Shown here piece after piece: positions 44,198 to 53,431 of a stretch of DNA of 64,000 nucleotides. A program made the position numbers and the translations under genes. The DNA lies in NCBI GenBank assembly GCA_965223545.1, contig OZ245006.1, positions 4,128,001 through 4,192,000 of the forward strand, in the 5' to 3' direction. The stretch is from Planctomycetota bacterium (lineage in GTDB: Bacteria; Planctomycetota; UBA1135; UBA2386). The notes beneath the pieces were generated by a model. The model saw nothing but the letters and a program-made list of their open reading frames with translations, ran no database searches and was not told where the DNA came from. Each line of letters opens with the position of its first letter. The first letter of the stretch is position 1.

Positions 44198-45522
44198 TGG
44201 GTCGGAGCGGCACGAATCCGTACCGCCGCCGAGGCTCGCCGTATTGGCAGATCCTCTACCGCGATGCTGAAGGACGGAAGCGACGCGAATCGACAAAGAC
44301 CGGTGACATTGTGATCGCTCGCGCAATCCTCGCGGAGCGAGTCAAGGAGGCTGCGCAAGGGCGTGTCGGGCATCGTGACGAATACGCGGCTACGCGCCGG
44401 GCGGACGTCGACGATCTGATCGAAGCGTTCTGTGAGGCCCGTCTGGGGCGAGGGATCACGCAGAAGCGGGTCAGCGATCTAGCTCGCTTCCTGCGTTCCG
44501 TGTGCTCGCGGGCCAGCGTGCGCCGTCTGGACGACGTGGACGTGGCTCGCGTGGAGCGAGTCTTGGCGACGATCCGACGGGAGCGTTCCGTCTGCACCCG
44601 GGACCACCATGCAGCCGCCCTACGAACGTTTGGCTTATGGCTCGTTCGCAGTGATCGTTGGCCAACCGATCCCTTCGCAGCGATCGAAACGCACACGCGG
44701 ACCGAAGCCGATCGCAAGTTCGACCGCCGAGCGCTTCGGCTCGAAGAGCTGGAGCTGCTTGCCGCAGCCGCCCCGCAGCGAGCAGTGCAGCGCTGGGTCG
44801 CGACGCACCCTCCCGGGTCGGACGACGATGAGGCCAAGCGGGCCTCGACGATCGAGGAACTCGAGCGGCGTGGTAGAGAGCGGGGACTGCTGTACTTGTT
44901 CCTCGCGTACACTGGCATGCGTCGAACCGCCTGTCAGCGGTTGCGATGGCGGGACGTCGTTCTCGACGGCGAACACCCTCGCGTCGTGATCCGGGCAGAG
45001 ACACAGAAGGGTCGGCGAGATCACTTCGTGCCGTTGGCTCCTTGGTTGGTGAGTGCGCTACCCGAACGCCGCCGCGAGCGTGCGCTCTGGGGTCGCCACC
45101 CGAATGGTGGTCCGCTGTCGGGGCCGGTGAGAGACAGCGACCCGCTGTTTCATGTGCCCGACAAGCTCGCGGAGCTCTTGCGCCACGACGCCGAGTTTGC
45201 GGGTTTGGGTGATCGAGACCCCACGTGGGATCGCCTCGATGCCCACGCGCTGCGCAAGTCCTGCGCGACGCTGCTGGTGGAGGCCGGAATGCCGCCCGCG
45301 ATTGCCCAGAAGGTGCTGGGGCACAAACGCATCACCACCACGATGAAGTACTACGCACGCATCGGCGACGACCTCGTACGTTCCGAGTTGGCTCGCCTGC
45401 CTGCTCCCGTGTGCACTCCCGTGTGCACTCAACCAGTTCCCGGTGAGTCAACGCATGGCACACCAGGACACACCGAGGGCGACGACGATCCGCCCCAAAC
45501 CGATGAAACGAAGACTGGATAG
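44197..45522 (+). CDS. int: Phage-type tyrosine integrase
   Basis: N-terminal arm-binding-like beta domain (YWQILYRDAEGRKRRESTKT); YTGMRR, K, HALRKS, LGH, YY; ends 59 bp before attR. Confidence 0.95.
   Translation: MGRSGTNPYRRRGSPYWQILYRDAEGRKRRESTKTGDIVIARAILAERVKEAAQGRVGHRDEYAATRRADVDDLIEAFCEARLGRGITQKRVSDLARFLRSVCSRASVRRLDDVDVARVERVLATIRRERSVCTRDHHAAALRTFGLWLVRSDRWPTDPFAAIETHTRTEADRKFDRRALRLEELELLAAAAPQRAVQRWVATHPPGSDDDEAKRASTIEELERRGRERGLLYLFLAYTGMRRTACQRLRWRDVVLDGEHPRVVIRAETQKGRRDHFVPLAPWLVSALPERRRERALWGRHPNGGPLSGPVRDSDPLFHVPDKLAELLRHDAEFAGLGDRDPTWDRLDAHALRKSCATLLVEAGMPPAIAQKVLGHKRITTTMKYYARIGDDLVRSELARLPAPVCTPVCTQPVPGESTHGTPGHTEGDDDPPQTDETKTG
45409..45430 (+). repeat. Tandem GTGTGCACTC pair, putative arm-type sites (right; inside the int 3' end)
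   Basis: GTGTGCACTC at 45409 and 45421. Confidence 0.75.
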
Positions 45523-45581
45523 CCCAATCGGGCGCGAAGTGGCACACTGTGTCACGGATGTGGAGAGGACTACGCGATTCC

Positions 45582-45601
45582 TTCGAATCCCGCAGGGCCC
45601 A
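45582..45601 (+). repeat. attR core (duplicated tRNA 3' end)
   Basis: TTCGAATCCCGCAGGGCCCA. Confidence 0.95.
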
Positions 45602-45635
45602 CGATCGCGCGGGGCTGGGAACGGAAGCGAGAGCG

Positions 45636-46106
45636 ATGTACTTCTGGGACATTCAAGCACTCCGGCGCGACCTCTCGTCGAGAGCCACTTCGCCGCCGGG
45701 CATCGGCTATCTCTCTGCGTTGCTGCTCGTTCCTCCACTGGTCCATTTCACCGTGGATTTCATTGTTGGATTCGACCAGGTGTACGCGAGTCGCCCTAAC
45801 GTCGTTGATAGCACGTCAGAGCTCGCGTACGTCGCGGTGATTCTCGCAGGTCTTTGGTACTGCTGGATGAGAAAGCGCACTCGGGACGACTTCCTGCTGA
45901 GGGCGACGTGCTTGGCGTGGCCGTGCTTCGTACGGGTCCACGTGGTGTTGCTGCCTTCGGTCGTCCTGATTCCGATGGTGGTTCCCCAGTGGTTCACCAG
46001 TGAGTCCAGCACCTGGTTCTTCTATCTGCCGGACTATGGCGGAGCAGCGGCGGTCGGGTTCATGACCGGGAATCACATGGCAGGGCTGTCTTCGGTGGAA
46101 GCGTAG
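45636..46106 (+). CDS. Hypothetical multi-TM membrane protein
   Basis: MYFWDIQALRRDL start; 3-4 hydrophobic helices; lower GC than the flanks. Confidence 0.65.
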   Translation: MYFWDIQALRRDLSSRATSPPGIGYLSALLLVPPLVHFTVDFIVGFDQVYASRPNVVDSTSELAYVAVILAGLWYCWMRKRTRDDFLLRATCLAWPCFVRVHVVLLPSVVLIPMVVPQWFTSESSTWFFYLPDYGGAAAVGFMTGNHMAGLSSVEA

Positions 46107-46284
46107 GGGAGCTGGCCGCCGTCGCCGGTCTCGCGCCACGCGATGCAATCACTCGCGTAGGTCGTCGGAGGTTGCCCGTACCAGGGGAGATTCTCCCGTT
46201 TGTGCCGAATGGTACCGAAAGCGTCGTGAGGGCGGGGTCGCGGTCCAGCTTGTCGCCATGCCGGTCGTCGGCGAGGATGCGGCG

Positions 46285-48009
46285 ATGCTCGACCGATCCG
46301 CTCGCGGTTGCCTCACGGTGTTTCTCGGCTGCGCGCTCTCGTGCCCACTGGACGCGCAGGCGAGCCAAGAGGAGTTCTTCGGGCTCGATCGGATCTGGGA
46401 CGTGCACATCACCGTGGACTCGGCGGATTGGAAGCAGCTGTTTCCCTCGGCGAGCCAGTCGCCGACGCGGCTGTTCGGCAAGTTCCCGTATCGGCCGGCG
46501 GCGGTGACGATTGGCGCGCATCGATTCGAGAACGTCGGGTTTCGGATGAAGGGCAACGCGACGTTCTTGGCCACGGGGGGCACGTTGAAGCGGTCACTCA
46601 AGATCGATTTCGACCGGTTCGTCGATGGGCAGCGGTTCTTGGGCATGGGCAAGCTCAATCTGCAGTGCAATGCGCTCGACGGGACGCAGATCAAAGAAGC
46701 GGTCAGCTACTCGATCTACCGCGCCTGTGGGGTTCCCGCCGGACGGACGGCGTTCGCGCGGGTCTACGTCACCATGCCGGATGTGCTCGAAAAGGCGTAC
46801 GTCGGCCTCTACACGGTCGTGGAGCAGGTCGATCAACGGTTCGCCAAGCGCGTGCTGGGCAGTGAAGGGCTGATCCTCAAGCCCGATGGCGAGACCTTGG
46901 GCTACTACGGTGCCGCCTGGAACGACGACTACGAGGCGGCCTATCACCCGAAGAGTGCGGTGACCGACGCGCTCGCGCAGCCGCTCATCGCGACGGCCGA
47001 CCTGTTCGACGAGCCCGATGACGACGTGTTCGCGGCCGGGCTCGAGGCGGTGATGGACGTCGATGGATTCTTGGCCTACACGGCGGTGACGGCGATCTTG
47101 ATCAACAGCGACAGTCCGCTGACGGTCCCCGACAACCACTACCTGGTCGTGCCCGAGGCGACCAAGAAGGTGACGTGGGTGCCGTGGGACATGAACTGGA
47201 GCATGGGGGAGTACGGGCGGGTGACGCAGACTCCCCACCTCGAGCTGAGCGTGCTGCGGCCGACCGAGAAGGAGATCTTTTGGCGCGTGCTCGGCATTCC
47301 GAAGTTCGAGCAGCGCTACAGAGAGATCTTGGCGCGGTGCATCGAGGGGCCCTGCTCGGCCGAGGCCATGCGCGCGGCGGTCGAGCAAGCGGAGGCCACG
47401 GCGGGTGCCGCGCGGACCGCGGAGGAGGACCGCGACGCTCTCGTCACCGACGCCGGCGAGGAGTTGGGTGGCCGGCGACGCGATCACCGGATGCTGAGTG
47501 GGCGCGCCGGCGACAACGTCGAGGGGCTGATCGAGTTCGTCGAACGGCGCGCCGCCCTGGTCGCCGCCGAGCTGCGCGGCGAACACGAGGGCAAGCCGGC
47601 GCGCAATCTGTTCGGCACCGACGAGCGTATGCCGCGCGGGGATGGAGTCCGCGACGCGTTCATCGAGGTGGCGGGTCTCGATCCGGAGCGGGAGGCGTTC
47701 GATGGGGAGGCCCTCGACGCTGTCTTGGCTTCGGCGTTCGCGGCGCTGGACAGGGACAACTCCGATACCGTCGACGCCGAGGAGGTGGCCAGGGTCCTGC
47801 ACCGCAGGGCGCGCGCCGCCGGCATGGGGTTCCTCGCCCGCTTGGCGCCCGCGCGCGGCGAGCGTTCCGTCCGCTACCTGGACGGCGATGGCGATGGGCT
47901 GGTCGACGGGGGCGAGTGGGAGGCCGGTGTGCAGGCGTTGCAGCGCTATTGGGACCGGGATCTCGATGGTCGCTGGAGCCGTCGAGAGCTGGGTCTGTCC
48001 GCCCCGTGA
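46285..48009 (+). CDS. CotH kinase-family protein with C-terminal EF-hand-like motifs
   Basis: Signal peptide; VGFRMKGN, SLKIDF, GLYTVVEQVD, NHYL, PWDMNWS; DRDNSDTVDAEE and DGDGDGLVDGGE. Confidence 0.88.
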   Translation: MLDRSARGCLTVFLGCALSCPLDAQASQEEFFGLDRIWDVHITVDSADWKQLFPSASQSPTRLFGKFPYRPAAVTIGAHRFENVGFRMKGNATFLATGGTLKRSLKIDFDRFVDGQRFLGMGKLNLQCNALDGTQIKEAVSYSIYRACGVPAGRTAFARVYVTMPDVLEKAYVGLYTVVEQVDQRFAKRVLGSEGLILKPDGETLGYYGAAWNDDYEAAYHPKSAVTDALAQPLIATADLFDEPDDDVFAAGLEAVMDVDGFLAYTAVTAILINSDSPLTVPDNHYLVVPEATKKVTWVPWDMNWSMGEYGRVTQTPHLELSVLRPTEKEIFWRVLGIPKFEQRYREILARCIEGPCSAEAMRAAVEQAEATAGAARTAEEDRDALVTDAGEELGGRRRDHRMLSGRAGDNVEGLIEFVERRAALVAAELRGEHEGKPARNLFGTDERMPRGDGVRDAFIEVAGLDPEREAFDGEALDAVLASAFAALDRDNSDTVDAEEVARVLHRRARAAGMGFLARLAPARGERSVRYLDGDGDGLVDGGEWEAGVQALQRYWDRDLDGRWSRRELGLSAP

Positions 48010-48126
48010 CCCGGCGGGTCCGGCCTGTCCCGATCAGTCCGTTGCGGTGGGCAGTGCGGTCCGCGTTCGTGGACGATCGCCCCCGGACTTGCCCGCCGGC
48101 CGATTCTCCCTAACCTCCGCGGCCTC

Positions 48127-48912
48127 GTGTACACGATCCTGATCGCCGCCGGAATCGCACTGCTCGCCGCCGCCAGCGGTGTGCTGACCGGCATCTGGGG
48201 CTGGGTGGGGGCGATCTTCATCGCCCTCCTGGTGTTCGCCATCGTCTGGGTGCTGGCGGCGCGCCGCCTGATGCGCACCCTACAACCGCGCTTCGACCGC
48301 GTGCGCAAGCAGGCCGAGGCCGGGCAGGCCGACGCCGCGATGCAATCGCTCGAGGAGCTGTTGGCGATGGGGCCATGGATGCCGGGGCTCACCGGGCAGA
48401 TCCACGCGCAGCTCGGCACGCTGGCGCTGCACAACGGCAACGAGAAGAAGGCGCGCGAGCACCTTGCGCGGTCCAGCCGCCGCTCCGCCGAGGGGCAGCT
48501 GGTGCTCGCGTCGCTGCACCAGCGCAACGGCGACACCAAGGCGGCGCTCGACGTGCTGGCGCGGGCGGCGCCGTTCAACAAGTCGCACGGCCTGTTCCAC
48601 AACGTCTACGCCTACTTGCTGCACAAGGCCGACCGGGTGGACGAGGCCATCGCGCAGCTCAACCGGCTGCTGAAGAAGGCGCCCGATCACGCCATCGGCA
48701 AGGACAACCTGCTGCGCCTACAGAACGGGCAGAAGATGGACCTCAAGCCGTTCGGGCGCGAGTGGTTCGCGCTCGGCTTGGAGCGCCCCCCGGCCAGCAT
48801 GGGGGAGCTGCGCACCGCGCGGAAGGGCTTCCGTCAGGCTCCCAAGCAGAGCAAATCCGGCAAACCGGCGCGCGCGTCGAGGTCGAAGCCGAAGAAGCGG
48901 CGCAAGGGCTGA
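48127..48912 (+). CDS. Membrane-anchored TPR protein
   Basis: Two N-terminal TM helices, TPR-like helices, basic tail. Confidence 0.75.
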   Translation: MYTILIAAGIALLAAASGVLTGIWGWVGAIFIALLVFAIVWVLAARRLMRTLQPRFDRVRKQAEAGQADAAMQSLEELLAMGPWMPGLTGQIHAQLGTLALHNGNEKKAREHLARSSRRSAEGQLVLASLHQRNGDTKAALDVLARAAPFNKSHGLFHNVYAYLLHKADRVDEAIAQLNRLLKKAPDHAIGKDNLLRLQNGQKMDLKPFGREWFALGLERPPASMGELRTARKGFRQAPKQSKSGKPARASRSKPKKRRKG

Positions 48913-48929
48913 CGTGCGCCGCCGCGCGG

Positions 48930-49799
48930 TCAGGCCGCGCGGCGTTCGCGGCCGCGGCCCTCGGCCTCGTCGTACACGCTCTGCGGGTGCGGGCGCAGGT
49001 CCCAAACGACACCGATCTTGGCCAGCAGCGACAGGATCGAGTAGGTCGTGTCGATCTCCCACCAGTACATGCCTTGGCGGGCCGCACCGGGGCTGCGGTG
49101 GTGGTTGTTGTGCCAGCCCTCGCCGCCGGTGAGCAGCGCCAGCAGCCAGTTGTTGCGGCTGTCGTCGCGGGTCTCGAAGCGCCGCTTGCCGACGACGTGC
49201 GCCAGCGAGTTGATCATGAAGGTGGAGTGCCAGAGCACTACCGTGCTGATGAAGCCGCCCCACACCAGCCAGGACAGGCCTCCGGCAAAGAACAGCACGA
49301 CACACAGGAGCACGTAGGGCACGAGGTGCCAGCGGTTGAGCCAGCGCAGCTCCGGGAAACGAGCGTAGTCCTTGATGCGGTCGAAGTCGGTCGCCAAGTG
49401 CTCGCGGCACAAGATCCAACCGACGTGCGCCCACCAGAACCCGTGCTTCACCGGCGAATGCAGATCGCGTTCGGTGTCGGAATGGGTGTGGTGGCTGCGG
49501 TGGTGCGCGGCCCACCAGAGCACGCCCTTCTGCGCCGAAGACACGGCCAAGGTCGCCAGCAAGAACTGTCCGACGCGGCTGGTCTTGAACGAGCGGTGCG
49601 CGAAGTAGCGGTGGTAGCCGGCGGTGACGCCGAACATGCGCACGAAGTAGAGCCCGGCGCAGAGCAGGACTTCGGTCCAACCAAAGGGGACGAACAGCGC
49701 GAGCACGCACGCGACGTGCACGCCCAAGAACGGAATCGAGCCCGCCAGATCGAAGGTGGCGAGTGGTCTGGAAAAACCCGTATGCGTCGTGGTGGTCAT
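48930..49799 (-). CDS. Acyl-CoA (delta-9-type) desaturase
   Basis: His boxes GYHRYFAHRSF, HHRSHH, GEGWHNNHH. Confidence 0.93.
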   Translation of the reverse strand: MTTTTHTGFSRPLATFDLAGSIPFLGVHVACVLALFVPFGWTEVLLCAGLYFVRMFGVTAGYHRYFAHRSFKTSRVGQFLLATLAVSSAQKGVLWWAAHHRSHHTHSDTERDLHSPVKHGFWWAHVGWILCREHLATDFDRIKDYARFPELRWLNRWHLVPYVLLCVVLFFAGGLSWLVWGGFISTVVLWHSTFMINSLAHVVGKRRFETRDDSRNNWLLALLTGGEGWHNNHHRSPGAARQGMYWWEIDTTYSILSLLAKIGVVWDLRPHPQSVYDEAEGRGRERRAA

Positions 49800-49909
49800 G
49801 GCGTTTGCCGGATGGACTGCGAACTGAGGCAGCGCGTCTTTTTCGGCGGAACTCGCGCCGGCCATGGTCAAACCCGTGTCAACTTTCCGTGACACGGCCC
49901 CGGTCCATG

Positions 49910-50623
49910 TCATCGGTCGAACCGGTAGCCGGTGCCGCGGACCGTGACGATGTGCCGTGGCTGCCGCGGATCCTCCTCGAACAGGCGCCGCAGGCGGAGG
50001 ATGAAGTTGTCGACCGTGCGCGTCGTCAGGTCGCCCGGGGCTCCCCAGACCTCTTCCAGCAGCCGCGCGCGGCTCACCGGGCGCCCCTGCTCCTCGGCCA
50101 GGTAGCGCAGCAACAGTGCCTCGGTCCGGCTGAGCTGCACCTTTTCGCCCCGGGCGCCGATCGCGCGGAACGTCTTGAAGTTGACCCGGCACGAGCCGAA
50201 CTCGAGCACGTGCGCGCTGCGTTCCTCTTGGGCGTTCGTCGAGCGATGCCATGCCTGGCGCCGCAGCAGCACCCGCACGCGCGCCAGCAGTTCGTCCAGG
50301 TCGAACGGCTTGGTCATGTAGTCGTCGGCGCCGGCGTCCAGCGCGCGGATCATGTCCTCGGGGAGGTTGCGCGCGGTGAGCACGAGGACCGGCGTGAGGT
50401 TGCGCGACTGCCGCATGTGGCGCGCGATTTCGAGCCCGTTGCCGCCGGGCAGCATCAGATCGAGGATCGTCAGGTCGAACACCGGGGCGTCTTCGGCGTC
50501 GATCCAATGCATGGCCTGTGGCGCGGTGCGCGCCACGGTGACGTCGTAGCCGGAGCTGATGAGGTTGAACTCCAGCGCGTCGGCCAGGTGCTCCTCGTCT
50601 TCCACCAACAGGATGTGCGTCAA
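49910..50623 (-). CDS. OmpR-family response regulator
   Basis: ILLVEDE, ILDLMLP, GADDYMTKPF, TRTVDNFI..LR, TVRGTGYRF. Confidence 0.95.
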   Translation of the reverse strand: MTHILLVEDEEHLADALEFNLISSGYDVTVARTAPQAMHWIDAEDAPVFDLTILDLMLPGGNGLEIARHMRQSRNLTPVLVLTARNLPEDMIRALDAGADDYMTKPFDLDELLARVRVLLRRQAWHRSTNAQEERSAHVLEFGSCRVNFKTFRAIGARGEKVQLSRTEALLLRYLAEEQGRPVSRARLLEEVWGAPGDLTTRTVDNFILRLRRLFEEDPRQPRHIVTVRGTGYRFDR

Positions 50624-51588
50624 TCCATGTCCTCGGTCGTGTCGCGCTCGTAGTTGGAGATCTGCAAACCGATGGTGACGCCCTTGTCGCTACCTGCGGA
50701 GCGAGCGAACGCGGTCCAGCCGTGAGCTTCGGCGATCGAATGGACGATCGCCAGACCCAGCCCTGTGCCCTTGCGGCTGCGCCTCGGGTCGTCGTCCTCG
50801 ATCCGGTAGAAGCGGTCGAAGATCTTGCGGCGCTCACCCAGGGGCAAGCCGATGCCGCGGTCGCTCACCAACAGGTGCAGCGACCCCGGCGCGACCTCCT
50901 CCAGGCTGAGGCGAATCCGGCAGCGGTCTTCGGGCGAGTACTTGACCGCATTGTCGACCAGGTTGTCGAGCAGCTGCCGGAGCAGGGCCCGGTCGATGTC
51001 GACGATGAACTCGTTGCCCGGCTCGACCTCGATTGTGCGCCGCAGGCCGGCGCGTTCGAACGTAGCCTGGCTGCGCTCGGTATAGGTCACCAAGAACGCG
51101 CGCAGCGGCACGGCCTCCGTGCGGCAGGTCATGCTCTGCTGGTCGATCTGCGCCGCCCGCAAGACGTTGCCAATCAGGGCGGAGAGTCGGTCCACGTCCT
51201 CCATCAGCGCCGCCAAGAACTTCTGCCGGTGGGTATCGCTGACGCCGGGGCGCGACAGCGTTTGCGCCTGGAGCTTGATGGACTGCAGCGGCGAGTTGAG
51301 CTCGTGCGAGACGCTGGCCAAGAAGTTCTGCTGCCGTCTGCCCCAGCGGATCTCGGCGAACATCTGCGCCGCAAAGATCGACACCAACACGATGATCGCC
51401 AGGAACAACGTGCTGCCCACCGCGATGAAGGTCGTGTGGAACGGCCCTGACGTGTCGCTGGCGGCGAGCTCTTCGATGCGGCGGTAGTCGTGTACCAGCA
51501 CGACGTTCCACAGCACGGTCAGCGTGATGGTCAGAACCAGGACGACGACGAAGATGACGACCGGACCCTTGATCGAACGCCTGGCCAT
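50620..51588 (-). CDS. Sensor histidine kinase
   Basis: 2 TM helices; SVSHELNSPL, NLVDNAVKYS, DRGIG, FDRFYR, GTGLGL. Confidence 0.93.
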   Translation of the reverse strand: MARRSIKGPVVIFVVVLVLTITLTVLWNVVLVHDYRRIEELAASDTSGPFHTTFIAVGSTLFLAIIVLVSIFAAQMFAEIRWGRRQQNFLASVSHELNSPLQSIKLQAQTLSRPGVSDTHRQKFLAALMEDVDRLSALIGNVLRAAQIDQQSMTCRTEAVPLRAFLVTYTERSQATFERAGLRRTIEVEPGNEFIVDIDRALLRQLLDNLVDNAVKYSPEDRCRIRLSLEEVAPGSLHLLVSDRGIGLPLGERRKIFDRFYRIEDDDPRRSRKGTGLGLAIVHSIAEAHGWTAFARSAGSDKGVTIGLQISNYERDTTEDMD

Positions 51589-51702
51589 GGTGCGGACATT
51601 GTGCCTTGTTGGGCGTGGTCGGAGCAGCGACTCCGGGGATTCCTCAAGGTCCCCTTCGTGCCGACCCGACAGGGTGATTGGCTCTCTTTGCCAGGCGTTG
51701 CC

Positions 51703-52839
51703 ATGAAGCTCATCACCGAACAGGCCGGTCCGGTCCACGTCACGGCCACGGCGAGGCTCTGCGTCGACGCGGTCGGCGGCCTGCACGCCTGCGCCACGGC
51801 GGCGACGGCGTGGGGCGAGGTCATTGGCTATCTCGTCACCTACGGCGCGCCCGAGGGATTCCAGGCTCGGCTGAACAGCACCTTGATCGAGCTGGACAAC
51901 GCTCTGCGTCCGCTGCGGACGCTCGCGGGCCAACCCGAAACGGATGGTCCCGGCGCGGTGACTGAGGACTCGGAGAGCGCAACGGCCGGCCCGCAGGACG
52001 CGGTCGAGGCGACCGAAGCGCCCGCCGGCGACCTCCCGACGCCACCCTCTCCCGAGCCACCACCTCCGGTGGTCGCCGTCGCGTCCAGTCCGATGCCAAC
52101 CGCTCCGGTGGGGGCGCCGCCGATGGCCCCCCCCGTGGTCCACAGGCTGCCCGAGGTCGATGACGATGGCTGCCGGTGCGTGCTCAGCGCGACCGGCCCC
52201 GGTTTCTCGATCTCCGGTTTGATCGAGTTCCTCGGCCGCAGTGGCAAATCGGGCACGCTGCGCATGGCGACCGGCGGGGATGTCTTCACCCTGCGTCTCG
52301 TCGATGGCCAGCTGGTGCATGCGGAGTGCGAGCAGCGGCCGCCGAACGAGCGCCTGGGCGAGATTCTCGTCAGCCGCGGCGCCATGGATTCCACCCGGCT
52401 CCATCGCCTCCTCGAGCTCTGCTCCAGCGGTTGGGACGACGATCGCGTGCGGTTGGGCGAGCTGCTGGCGCGCGAGAACCTGATTTCCGAGACGGAGCTG
52501 TGCGACGCGCTCAGCGAGCAGGTGCGGCGGCTGTTCGCCCGCTTGTTCGCCGGCGAGGGGCACTGGTTCGGGTTCTACGAAGGACTGCCTTCGTACCCGC
52601 GCCTGCACGTCCAGCTGCGGCTGATGGAGCTGCTGCTGGACAGCTCGCGCGTCTACGACGAGAGCCTGCGCACGGGGCCGCCGCCCGGCGACGACGCTGC
52701 CGCCGATGACACTGCCGGCGGCGATGCGGCGGACGCGGCCAGGGCTGACGACGTCCCGACCGACGACCCCGTCGCCGCCGCGTTGGCGGAGGCGTCCGAT
52801 CTGCGCCGCTCGCGCGGTCTCGCCAGCCTCTGGGATTGA
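51703..52839 (+). CDS. DUF4388 (PatA-N-like) domain protein
   Basis: LIEFLGRSGKSGTL..., DGQLVHA, RLGEILV, RLGELL motifs after a Pro-rich linker. Confidence 0.75.
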   Translation: MKLITEQAGPVHVTATARLCVDAVGGLHACATAATAWGEVIGYLVTYGAPEGFQARLNSTLIELDNALRPLRTLAGQPETDGPGAVTEDSESATAGPQDAVEATEAPAGDLPTPPSPEPPPPVVAVASSPMPTAPVGAPPMAPPVVHRLPEVDDDGCRCVLSATGPGFSISGLIEFLGRSGKSGTLRMATGGDVFTLRLVDGQLVHAECEQRPPNERLGEILVSRGAMDSTRLHRLLELCSSGWDDDRVRLGELLARENLISETELCDALSEQVRRLFARLFAGEGHWFGFYEGLPSYPRLHVQLRLMELLLDSSRVYDESLRTGPPPGDDAAADDTAGGDAADAARADDVPTDDPVAAALAEASDLRRSRGLASLWD

Positions 52840-52858
52840 ACGAGGACCGGAACCGACC

Positions 52859-53410
52859 TCACGCCGGTGCCGGTCCAACCAGCTCGTCGAACCGAGGATC
52901 GCCGCGCAGCGCGTCGAGATCGCGCTCCTCGGCAGCGTGACGGCGGAACTCCTCGCTCATCCCGCAGGCGAGCGTCACCTCGTCGATCGCGCGCTCGGTA
53001 TCGCCGAGCAGCGCGAGATAGCAGGCCAAGTTGTAATGACCGATCGCCGATCGCCGCGACCGGCCGATCAGGCGCTGCATGCACTGGACTGCACCGTCGA
53101 TGCGGTCGATGCGCTTGAGGCACCAGGCTTCGGTCAGATCGAGCCAGTCGGGATCCTGATCGAAAGGGCGCAGCTCCTCGATCGCCGCCAGTGCTTCGTG
53201 ATAGCGATGCGAGTCGACCAATGCGCGAGTCTTGAAGTAGAGCCCGACCTGTCGCGCTCCGGGCTTGGCCAGCAGCGGTGGGATCCGCTCGAGCGCGGCT
53301 TGCGGGTCCCCGAGCTCGAGCCAGCCCTCGATCTCCAGTGCCAGTCGGCGGAGTGATTTGCGCACCGGCAGCTTCACCGCCGCATTTTCGTCGTCGGCTG
53401 CGGAGTGCAC
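52859..53410 (-). CDS. TPR protein
   Basis: EGWLELG, AWCLKR, HYNLACYLALLG, DLDALRGDPRF. Confidence 0.8.
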   Translation of the reverse strand: MHSAADDENAAVKLPVRKSLRRLALEIEGWLELGDPQAALERIPPLLAKPGARQVGLYFKTRALVDSHRYHEALAAIEELRPFDQDPDWLDLTEAWCLKRIDRIDGAVQCMQRLIGRSRRSAIGHYNLACYLALLGDTERAIDEVTLACGMSEEFRRHAAEERDLDALRGDPRFDELVGPAPA

Positions 53411-53431
53411 AAGGTGCCCCCGCGCTTGCGC

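Larger units (their letters stand above)
30920..45601. mobile_element. tRNA-integrated ~14.7 kb element, putative phage satellite carrying a tape-measure gene
   Basis: 20-bp direct repeat of the tRNA 3' end at both ends, terminal xis-int, phage-type genes, visibly more A/T-ending codons than the flanks. Confidence 0.92.

Noticed and set aside
30920..45601. Calling the element a complete prophage, an ICE or a gene transfer agent
   Set aside because: No recognisable capsid, portal, TerL, tail tube, lysin, relaxase or T4SS genes. A degraded prophage remains possible but is disfavoured by intact att and arm sites and coupled, unbroken ORFs.
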